Assembly (NCBI GenBank): GCA_017464285.1
Contig: JAFUDT010000014.1
Location: 91,787 to 155,786, forward strand
Source: Bacteroidales bacterium
Lineage (GTDB): Bacteria; Bacteroidota; Bacteroidia; Bacteroidales; UBA1402
DNA length: 64,000 nt
Direction of reading: 5' to 3'
Within the stretch, counting starts at the first letter, position 1. Every line of letters starts with the position of its first letter. Below the pieces are notes generated by a model. The model was not told where the DNA came from. It ran no database searches and was given only the letters and a program-made list of their open reading frames with translations. The translations under genes and the position numbers were made by a program. Positions 28,793 to 36,586 of this stretch are shown one piece after another.

Positions 28793-29818
28793 CTATTTAA
28801 AGCTAAGACTATCGAAAGTTTTCTTACCCCTGAGGAAGAAGTCGAGCGTAGAGATGCCCGGATAGATTTCGGGGATGCAGTGCTGACAGGCCCGGGCCTG
28901 GATCTCGGCCCGCTTGGGCTGCATCAAGGGCTTCATCTGCCGGTAGGCACAACGGGCTTTGAAGACGGCAGCAAAATTCTTGGTTTCCCCCTTGAACAGG
29001 AAGAACACGGCCGCCACCATATCGAGCACCCAGCGCTGCCACATCACGCTCCGCAATCTTTCCGAAGGAAGGTTTTTGTAGAGCATCAGCAGATTGTTGC
29101 GGAAGTTGAGGAAGGTCTTACGCGGATTCTGCGCATTGAGCGTGCCGCCACCCAGATGAAAGACCTGGCTCTCGGGCAGGCAGACCAGACGACGGCCGGC
29201 CAGGCGCAGACGCCAGCAGAGATCGATCTCCTCCATGTGGGCGAAGAAGTCGGCGTCCAGTCCGCCAGCTTGCAAATAGTCTTCGCGCCTGATCATCAGG
29301 CAAGCACCCGTTGCCCAGAAAATATCGGCAACTGAATCATACTGGCCCCGGTCTTTTTCGACCAGCGACTGGATACGTCCCCGACAGAAGGGATAGCCCA
29401 GACGGTCGATAAAACCGCCGGCCGCCCCGGCATGCTCGAAATATTCCCGATTACGGTCGCTCAAAATCTTGGGCTGGCAGGCCGCCACCTCGGGATGGGA
29501 GTCCATGTAGCCGACAAGTGGCTCGAGCCAGCCTTCAGCCACTTCGATATCGGAATTAAGCAAGACGACATATTCAGCTTCCACAGCCTCCACGGCCCGG
29601 TTATACCCTTCGGCAAAGCCATAGTTGCGGTCCAGCAAGACCAGCCTGAGTCCGGGATACTGTGTCTGCAGCCAGTCCACCGAGCCGTCGGTCGAGCCGT
29701 TGTCGGCCACCACCACCTCGATACCGTCGCCTCGGGTATGAGCCAGGACCGACGGCAGATAGTGCTCCATAAGGGTCTGTCCGTTCCAATTGAGTATGAT
29801 GACTGCAACACTGCTCAT
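28793..29818 (-). CDS. Family 2 glycosyltransferase
   Basis: 341 aa with VAVIILNWNG, VVVADNGSTDGS and LLNSDIEV (DxD-like), typical of GT2. Confidence 0.87.
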   Translation of the reverse strand: MSSVAVIILNWNGQTLMEHYLPSVLAHTRGDGIEVVVADNGSTDGSVDWLQTQYPGLRLVLLDRNYGFAEGYNRAVEAVEAEYVVLLNSDIEVAEGWLEPLVGYMDSHPEVAACQPKILSDRNREYFEHAGAAGGFIDRLGYPFCRGRIQSLVEKDRGQYDSVADIFWATGACLMIRREDYLQAGGLDADFFAHMEEIDLCWRLRLAGRRLVCLPESQVFHLGGGTLNAQNPRKTFLNFRNNLLMLYKNLPSERLRSVMWQRWVLDMVAAVFFLFKGETKNFAAVFKARCAYRQMKPLMQPKRAEIQARACQHCIPEIYPGISTLDFFLRGKKTFDSLSFK

Positions 29819-29869
29819 CGGCTTATTGTCAATGGGGCTGTAAAGTTATGAAAAAATCAGCAGCAAGGA

Positions 29870-29899
29870 TTTGTTTTTTGAAGATAATGATTAACTTTG
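29870..29899 (+). promoter_or_regulatory. Promoter (-33 TTTG, -7 TAACTTTG) for the small membrane ORF
   Basis: TTTG at 29870-29873, an 18-nt spacer, then TAACTTTG at 29892-29899. It lies 41 nt upstream of the ATG at 29940. Confidence 0.45.
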
Positions 29900-29939
29900 C
29901 GGTCGTCTCGATTTATGGTAATTACTTAAAACCACAATA

Positions 29940-30122
29940 ATGAAAAAGTTCTTCACTGCACTTGTCAAGCATCTCGGTTCCATCATCGTCCTGGCCGGTG
30001 TTGCCGTTTTGGCTGTTGCCCAGTTCAGCAATTCTCTCCAGAACATCCATCTCTATATCGCAGGCGCCCTGTTTATCATCGGCATCCTCACAGAAGTCTT
30101 CATCAACAAGAAGGTCATCTAA
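29940..30122 (+). CDS. Small 60-aa two-TM membrane protein upstream of the HTCS gene
   Basis: MKKFFTALVKHLGSIIVLAGVAVLAVAQFSNSLQNIHLYIAGALFIIGILTEVFINKKVI. It has its own promoter-like boxes and a terminator-like hairpin. Confidence 0.6.
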   Translation: MKKFFTALVKHLGSIIVLAGVAVLAVAQFSNSLQNIHLYIAGALFIIGILTEVFINKKVI

Positions 30123-30153
30123 GGGGGCATACCCGATATTTCAGTCTTACAAA

Positions 30154-30184
30154 GGAAGGAAAATCACTTTTTCTTCCTTTTTTT
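30154..30184 (+). terminator. Terminator-like hairpin after the small ORF, 27 nt before the HTCS ATG
   Basis: ggaaggaaaa-tcac-tttttcttcc (10 bp including one G-U pair) followed by 7 T residues. Confidence 0.45.
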
Positions 30185-30211
30185 ATCTGATCCGACCACA
30201 CAGCCACGTCT

Positions 30212-33200
30212 ATGAAAAAAGGGGGATTTCTGCTTAAATGTTGTCTGCTGGCGATTGCCAGCTGGCAGGCACTGTCCGTTTTGCCGGCAGACAGTCTGCG
30301 AATAAAGCCCTTTGTCACAGCCACTCACTTTGCCAGCGACGACGAAATGCTGCAAGGAAGTATCACGAGCATGATACAAGACCATCGAGGGCTTATTTGG
30401 ATCGGTTCTTTCAACGGGCTGAACAAATACGACGGCTATGAATGGGAAAAATTCAAATCCCATCCCAACAGCAACTCCATTCTGCGCTCCAACCGTATCG
30501 ATTTTTTCTGGGAAAACAGCCTGGGCAACTTTTACTGCAATGCCGGCCGGCACCTTTACCTTTTCGATGTCGGGAGTCGTCTGTTCTCGGACATTCAGCA
30601 GCAGATCGAGCAGCAGTCGCAGCAGAGTCCATATTTCGTGAAAGGTTTTACACTGCCCAATCACTACAGTTACTTGATCGGTAGCAACGGTGAATGCTTC
30701 CGCATCAGCGATCTTAACCCCGAAAAAGGATGTCACTGTCTGAATCTTTCCCTCAGCCACGCAGACCGATTTTTCAATGCTTTTCAGGATAGCTTCGGAC
30801 ATGAATGGCTGTTGACTGCCAATGGCACTTATCGCTACGATTTGCCGGATGCTGTCAGTAAGCTGCCTTTCCGATTCTACATCGAAAAGGGTAATGAATT
30901 ATGGTTTATTTCGGCCAACGGCAAGACACTGGGCGTTTGGTCGCACCAGAGCGACAGAATGATTTATCACGACTTTATTCCCCATAACGGCTATATTTAC
31001 GAGCAGCATCTCACCAATGACAGCCTATGGTATGTTGCCTCGGGCAACGGCCTCTACCAGATTGTCGTCCGTTCTGACCGGCAGGAACAGGCTCCGAAGG
31101 TCAATCTCATCACAGACTATACCTTGCAGCATTTCCACATAAGTTCAGACGGAAGCATCTGGGGTCTTTCCACCGAACTGGAAATAATACGTCTGACACA
31201 GCGTCAGAACGGTTCTTGGGAAAGCCGGCAGATAAAACGTCCTGTCGACCATAGTTTTAGCGACCCCCGCGTGCAGTTTTACGACGACCGCAACGGACAC
31301 CTTTGGATGCTCTGCTTCGACAACAGCGACGTCCTCTATTACGATCCTTCCTCCGGTCAATTGGAGAGACCGCTTTTATCCAAAGATATCTCAAGTCAGG
31401 GGACCAAAGGCTTCATCATCGATACACAGGGGAATATCTGGTATCGGGGCAGTCATCACATCGACCTGCTGCAAATTCACAATGAACCCTTCAGAGTGTT
31501 CGAGCAACCGAGCGGTGGCAGCGAAGTCAGGGCCTTGCTTGAAGATCATCGGGGTCAACTGTGGCTCGGACTGAGAAACCAAGGCGTTGTCTGTCTCGAC
31601 CGGCAGGGGACGGTTATCGGTCGGCTGACCATAGAAGGCACGGCCTACTGCTTGTTCGAGGACAGTCACCACAATCTGTGGATAGGCAGTAAGGGAGGCG
31701 GTCTCTACTGCCTGCCAGAGGGACGAATTGACAAACCGGAGCGAATGGTTCATTACCGGCACAACGAAGAGCATCCCGAATCTCTGAGTTCAGACAACAT
31801 CTACCATATTATCGAAGATGTCTACGGACAACTCTGGATTGCCACTTTCGGCGGCGGGGTAAATCTGCTTAAAAACGGCATTTTCTACCATCGTGATAAC
31901 CGCCTTGGATACAGCTCGGATCTCCCCGAGACCGTACGCTGCCTACGCGAAGTCAAGCCGGGCATAGTCATGGTCGGAGCTCGCAACGGTCTGTTTGTCT
32001 TTGAAAGCCGCCCGGACTCACCTGAAACTATTCGGATGAAACACTGTTCCAAGCAGCCGAATGACCGGAACAGCCTGCCTGACAACGATATCATGAGCAT
32101 TATGGTGACCCGTGACAGCAGTATTGTCCTGACCACCAACAGCGGCGGCATCTGCCAGGTGCTCAATGCCACGGACAAGTTGTCAGATGAGCCGCTGCGC
32201 TTCATTTCACTCACCAAGAACGACGGTCTGGCCAGCGATGTAGCCTATTCGGCCACAGAAGATCCCTACGGCAATCTTTGGATTGTCAGCGGACAGAGCT
32301 TATCAAGGCTGAGGCGCAACGCCTTCACGGAGGTCGATCCTACCCACAAATCTTCTTCGGTCAGCATCTACGATGTCAACTCATTTCCTGAGAAAATCTC
32401 TTTTTCCGAAGCTCTCCCGATCATTTCAGGCAGTCGACTGATACAAGGCACCCAAAACGGATTGTTCATAATAGAAACCGGGCAGATGCCGACCGACATC
32501 ATACGGACTCCGCTTATTGTCGAGAACTTGTCAGCAAACTCGCCCGGGAGCAGCAAAAGCCGATCAGCCATATTGCGGTTCACAGCCCTTGACTACCGCG
32601 ACAAACGGCACCTGAAATATGCCTATCGCCTGGACGGAGTGGACCATGACTGGAAAATCACATCGGGAAATTCTGTGACTTATGTCAACTTGCCGGTCGG
32701 CCGACACACTTTCCATGTACGTTCGACCAATGCCGACGGGCTGTGGATTGACAACGAACAAACGCTGTTGCTTTATGTAAAACCTGGCTTCCACGAAACC
32801 TGGGCAGGCCGCATTTTGTTGTTGGTTACTGCCATCTTGCTCTTGTACATCATATTCTATTACATCAACCGTGTCTACCGCTTGCGTCATGCCCTGACCG
32901 AAGAGCAGGAAAGCACCAACAGCAAATTGCGGTTTTTCACCGATATCAGCCATGAACTGCGCACGCCGCTCACGTTGATTGACGGTCCGGTGGGTGAAGT
33001 ACTCGAAGACCAGACCTTGTCCGATCAGTCGCGTTACTACCTGGAAGTGGTTCAGAAAAATGTTCGACGACTGCTCAACCTGGTCAATCAGATCCTGGAC
33101 TTTCGCAAACTCCAAAACGACAAAATGACCATATTGGTTGAAGAAATACAGCTCAGACCCTTTCTGGAAGGCATCATGGAAAACTTCCATGAATTGGCTC

Positions 33201-34531
33201 GGGATCACCAAATTAACTTTACTCTCGACTGTCCTGAAGACATGCCTCCGCTTTGGGCCGACAGGGACAAACTGGAAAAGATCTGTTTCAATTTACTCTC
33301 CAATGCCTTCAAATATACAGACAACGGAAAATCCATCACACTCAAAGTGCGCACAACCTCCTCCAACGGCAAAGAAGAAACTGTCATCATGGTGTCCGAC
33401 CAAGGCAAGGGTATCCGCAAGGAAGATATCGACAAACTCTTCCAACGCTTCGAGACCATCATGCAGAATAACCTGTTCAAACCCTCTTCGGGCATCGGTC
33501 TGGCTCTGGTCAAACAGTTTGTCCAGTTGCATCACGCCCGTATAGAAGTGGATAGCCAACCCGGCCGCGGAAGTGATTTCATATTGACATTCAAAAGAGG
33601 AAAACATCATTTCGAGCAAGACCAGAACGTACAGTTCCGCATAGAGGACAGTTCACAGTTTCAAGAAGATATGTCACTGACAACCTCGGACGAAGCACAA
33701 CAGGAAGATACAGACACTGTCAAGATACTGGTAGTCGAAGACAACGATGAATTGCGTGATTTCATTTCAAAAATCCTGAGTGCCGATTATCAGGTGCTTA
33801 CCGCCACCGACGGCCAAGAGGGGCTGACAGTTGGCAAACAGCAGTGGCCCGACCTGATCATTACCGATATCATGATGCCACGTATGGACGGATTTGAAAT
33901 GATACACCGCCTCAAAGAAGATCCCGACCTGTATGCCGTTCCTGTCATTGCCCTTACTGCCAAAGGGGCTATGGACGACAAGATTCACGGCATTGAGATG
34001 GGGGTGGATGACTACGTGCTCAAACCCTTCAGCTCAGCTTATCTCAAGGCTCGTGTCGCCGCTCTGATCCAACAGCGGAAACGGCTGCAACGTCACTTCA
34101 TGGATTTACTCAGTCAGGGAGGGAATGCCCTGACACGCCGCAGCATAGAGCCCGACATGCCGGATATCACCCCAGCCGATGAACTCTTTATCCAGGAGGT
34201 CATGGCCTTCATTGAAAAGAACATCGACAATGCCGAACTCTCCATCGACCAGTTTGCGGATGCCATGAAGATGGGGCGAACCGTATTCTACAACAAAATC
34301 AAGTCTACTCTGGGACTGACCCCGATCGATTTTGTCCAGGAAATGCGCATCAAACGTTCTGTACAGCTCATGAGGAGCGGCAACTTTACCATCGCCGAAA
34401 TCGCCTATCAGACTGGGTTCAACGATCCGAAGTATTTCAGCCGCAGCTTCAAGAAACACATGAACGTCACTCCATCGGAATACATGAAAAAACTGCAGAC
34501 TGAGCAGAATTCCCAAGACAAGGCAAACTAA
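30212..34531 (+). CDS. Hybrid two-component system regulator (HTCS): periplasmic beta-propeller sensor, histidine kinase, receiver and AraC-type HTH
   Basis: 1439 aa. It has repeated two-component-regulator propeller motifs (LWIGS/LWIAT), a TM segment (ILLLVTAILLLYIIFYYI), an H-box FFTDISHELRTPLT, an HATPase region, a receiver (ILVVEDNDELR...ITDIMMPRMDG...KPF) and a C-terminal AraC HTH (FNDPKYFSRSFKK). Confidence 0.92.
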   Translation: MKKGGFLLKCCLLAIASWQALSVLPADSLRIKPFVTATHFASDDEMLQGSITSMIQDHRGLIWIGSFNGLNKYDGYEWEKFKSHPNSNSILRSNRIDFFWENSLGNFYCNAGRHLYLFDVGSRLFSDIQQQIEQQSQQSPYFVKGFTLPNHYSYLIGSNGECFRISDLNPEKGCHCLNLSLSHADRFFNAFQDSFGHEWLLTANGTYRYDLPDAVSKLPFRFYIEKGNELWFISANGKTLGVWSHQSDRMIYHDFIPHNGYIYEQHLTNDSLWYVASGNGLYQIVVRSDRQEQAPKVNLITDYTLQHFHISSDGSIWGLSTELEIIRLTQRQNGSWESRQIKRPVDHSFSDPRVQFYDDRNGHLWMLCFDNSDVLYYDPSSGQLERPLLSKDISSQGTKGFIIDTQGNIWYRGSHHIDLLQIHNEPFRVFEQPSGGSEVRALLEDHRGQLWLGLRNQGVVCLDRQGTVIGRLTIEGTAYCLFEDSHHNLWIGSKGGGLYCLPEGRIDKPERMVHYRHNEEHPESLSSDNIYHIIEDVYGQLWIATFGGGVNLLKNGIFYHRDNRLGYSSDLPETVRCLREVKPGIVMVGARNGLFVFESRPDSPETIRMKHCSKQPNDRNSLPDNDIMSIMVTRDSSIVLTTNSGGICQVLNATDKLSDEPLRFISLTKNDGLASDVAYSATEDPYGNLWIVSGQSLSRLRRNAFTEVDPTHKSSSVSIYDVNSFPEKISFSEALPIISGSRLIQGTQNGLFIIETGQMPTDIIRTPLIVENLSANSPGSSKSRSAILRFTALDYRDKRHLKYAYRLDGVDHDWKITSGNSVTYVNLPVGRHTFHVRSTNADGLWIDNEQTLLLYVKPGFHETWAGRILLLVTAILLLYIIFYYINRVYRLRHALTEEQESTNSKLRFFTDISHELRTPLTLIDGPVGEVLEDQTLSDQSRYYLEVVQKNVRRLLNLVNQILDFRKLQNDKMTILVEEIQLRPFLEGIMENFHELARDHQINFTLDCPEDMPPLWADRDKLEKICFNLLSNAFKYTDNGKSITLKVRTTSSNGKEETVIMVSDQGKGIRKEDIDKLFQRFETIMQNNLFKPSSGIGLALVKQFVQLHHARIEVDSQPGRGSDFILTFKRGKHHFEQDQNVQFRIEDSSQFQEDMSLTTSDEAQQEDTDTVKILVVEDNDELRDFISKILSADYQVLTATDGQEGLTVGKQQWPDLIITDIMMPRMDGFEMIHRLKEDPDLYAVPVIALTAKGAMDDKIHGIEMGVDDYVLKPFSSAYLKARVAALIQQRKRLQRHFMDLLSQGGNALTRRSIEPDMPDITPADELFIQEVMAFIEKNIDNAELSIDQFADAMKMGRTVFYNKIKSTLGLTPIDFVQEMRIKRSVQLMRSGNFTIAEIAYQTGFNDPKYFSRSFKKHMNVTPSEYMKKLQTEQNSQDKAN

Positions 34532-34539
34532 AGACGAAT

Positions 34540-34567
34540 AGCACGGCTCTATTGACAAAGCCGTGCT
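34540..34567. terminator. Hairpin between the convergent HTCS and pectinesterase genes
   Basis: agcacggc / gccgtgct 8-bp stem with a 12-nt loop. The T-tract is weak. Confidence 0.35.
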
Positions 34568-34591
34568 CTTCCTACCAACCTTTATTTACAA

Positions 34592-36412
34592 CTATAAAAC
34601 AGCTTTCAATACACAGACGCCCTTATCTGTGACGATTTTTGCAATGAAAAAGGGCTCTGTCATCCGACGGATCACACCGTTTTCCAGTTCGAAACGGCCG
34701 ATCAGACTGCCGGTAACAGAATAGAGGGAAACCTGGGCTTTGCCCTCGAATCCGCTCACATAAATACTGTTACCGTCATACACGGCATCCAGGGTATCGG
34801 CCCTCTTAGTCTGAATGCCGTCCACAAAAGGGGCTGCCGACACCAATCCCAGCGTTCCATACATATTGACAGCCCGGACACGATAATCGGCGGCTTGGGA
34901 ACCTTCTTCCAACAGATAGGAAGTCTCGGTCGTAAACGCCTTGAATGAACCCTGATAAATCACTTCGTAGCAAATAGCCTGGGGCTCCTTGGTCCATACG
35001 ATACTGTTGCCCTCGATGGTTACCTGCGGGGCAGGCAATTCGACAGTGATCTCGTAAGGATTCCACCCGTCACTGCCGCTCAGCACGGTGCGTGCGGTCA
35101 GCGCATCGGCCTCTTCCTTGGTCAATACAGCCTTGGCGGTGCAGGTTTCCTCAGGATTGCTTTCCGTACCCCCACGCCAATACCATGTGTTGCGATCCTT
35201 TAAATTGACAGAGGTGCCTTGATAGTTCATCGTATTATATTCGGCAAATACTACAGGCAGACCGCCCATATGGTTGATCCATCCGGCCGTCGCAAATGTG
35301 ATATCCTTTGACAGCGTAGTATTAATGAACGAGGTCCTGGGAAAGTTGTGCCAAGGGCGTCCGAAGTAGTTATTGGTACGAGCCGTACCGGGTTTGCTCG
35401 AAACTATGTTGCAATTGCGGAATACATAGCCGTATTTGACACCGCTGCCATGAGACGGAGCTACAATGACAGAACCGTTGCGGCACAGGCCCAAAGTACA
35501 GCTGTCGAGCACCATGTCACCAGAGCAGTAGATGAAATCAACGGCGCCCTCAATATAGCAGCGACGGGCATAATGACGGTGTTCGTCGCTACCCGTCTGC
35601 CAGGTATCCTGATAACTCTTCAGTTTAGCATTGAAAATGGTGAAACGGTCGGCATAACTACCCAAGGCCAAGGCTTGCGGGCCGGCCTGATTGTCGTAAC
35701 CCCAGGAATCGATGACCGTCATGTTGTGAAGATAGAAATTGGGAGCATTGGCCACCAAGACCGGGCCTTGCCCTTCGGCATCGGCAAAATTGGCATTGTC
35801 GCGCTCGTGACCGCCATTCGAAGTGATGGAGAATTTTAAAACCGTTTTTTCAGGATCCTCACCCACCAGAGAGATATATGGCTGTGTCTTGCTGGTGCGG
35901 ACCAGCTCGACATACTCACCGTTCTTGACAAAAATCAGCCAGGGTTGAGTACGGTTTTGCGGAGCAGCCTTGACAGCTGCCCGGATGCTGGTGTAGTCGC
36001 CCGTGCCGTCGGCAGCGACAATCGCATCAAAGACCTTGGCCGTCGGGGCGACAGTCGTAAAGGTATAGGTGCCGCCGGCAACCGGCTTTTGGCCGTCCTT
36101 GGTCAGAAAGGCACCGTCTTTAATGTTTAAAGTATACACAGTGGCATAGCGTAGCTGACCGGGCTTGATAATAGCATAACTACCCGTTATACTGGCCGGA
36201 GGCAGCAGTTCTCCGTTCAAAAAGCAGCTGTCCGTACCATTGATCAGAGCCTCATCGCTCTGCAAGACAATCTGGGAGTTCACCGGAACATTCCGCTGTC
36301 CGTCGGCCGGAGCCTTGGGATAGACCGGAACAGCCGCTTCCGTCCTCATGGAAACTGACATGACCAACAGCCCAGCTGTCATCAGCACACAATTTCTGAG
36401 TTTCATATCCAA
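34592..36412 (-). CDS. Pectinesterase (CE8) with N-terminal Ig-like domain and T9SS-type C-terminal tail
   Basis: 606 aa with a signal peptide. CE8 motifs are QALAL, YQDTW, VDFIYCSGD and FGRPW. The C-terminus VSLYSVTGSLIGRFELENG...FFIAKIVTDKGVCVLKAVL resembles a T9SS sorting domain. Confidence 0.88.
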   Translation of the reverse strand: MDMKLRNCVLMTAGLLVMSVSMRTEAAVPVYPKAPADGQRNVPVNSQIVLQSDEALINGTDSCFLNGELLPPASITGSYAIIKPGQLRYATVYTLNIKDGAFLTKDGQKPVAGGTYTFTTVAPTAKVFDAIVAADGTGDYTSIRAAVKAAPQNRTQPWLIFVKNGEYVELVRTSKTQPYISLVGEDPEKTVLKFSITSNGGHERDNANFADAEGQGPVLVANAPNFYLHNMTVIDSWGYDNQAGPQALALGSYADRFTIFNAKLKSYQDTWQTGSDEHRHYARRCYIEGAVDFIYCSGDMVLDSCTLGLCRNGSVIVAPSHGSGVKYGYVFRNCNIVSSKPGTARTNNYFGRPWHNFPRTSFINTTLSKDITFATAGWINHMGGLPVVFAEYNTMNYQGTSVNLKDRNTWYWRGGTESNPEETCTAKAVLTKEEADALTARTVLSGSDGWNPYEITVELPAPQVTIEGNSIVWTKEPQAICYEVIYQGSFKAFTTETSYLLEEGSQAADYRVRAVNMYGTLGLVSAAPFVDGIQTKRADTLDAVYDGNSIYVSGFEGKAQVSLYSVTGSLIGRFELENGVIRRMTEPFFIAKIVTDKGVCVLKAVL

Positions 36413-36490
36413 AACACTTTACACGCTCGCTTCGCTTTGACGAAACGCAAATACAGAAAAAAAATACATCCATTGTCCTTTGAAGACGTA

Positions 36491-36498
36491 CAAAAGTA
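36491..36498 (-). promoter_or_regulatory. -7 promoter box (TACTTTTG on minus strand) for pectinesterase 1
   Basis: The plus-strand caaaagta lies 79 nt upstream of the ATG at 36412. Confidence 0.4.
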
Positions 36499-36534
36499 CG
36501 GGAAAACATACTGTCGGCAGGTGGATTTTCTCAC

Positions 36535-36570
36535 AAAAAAAGGGGACGGATTATCCGTCCCCTCATTTTT
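36535..36570 (-). terminator. Rho-independent terminator after the beta-helix protein gene
   Basis: ggggacgga-tta-tccgtcccc 9-bp GC-rich stem, with an A-run (a T-run on the minus strand) at 36535-36541. Confidence 0.65.
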
Positions 36571-36586
36571 TCATATATCAGGTCGT

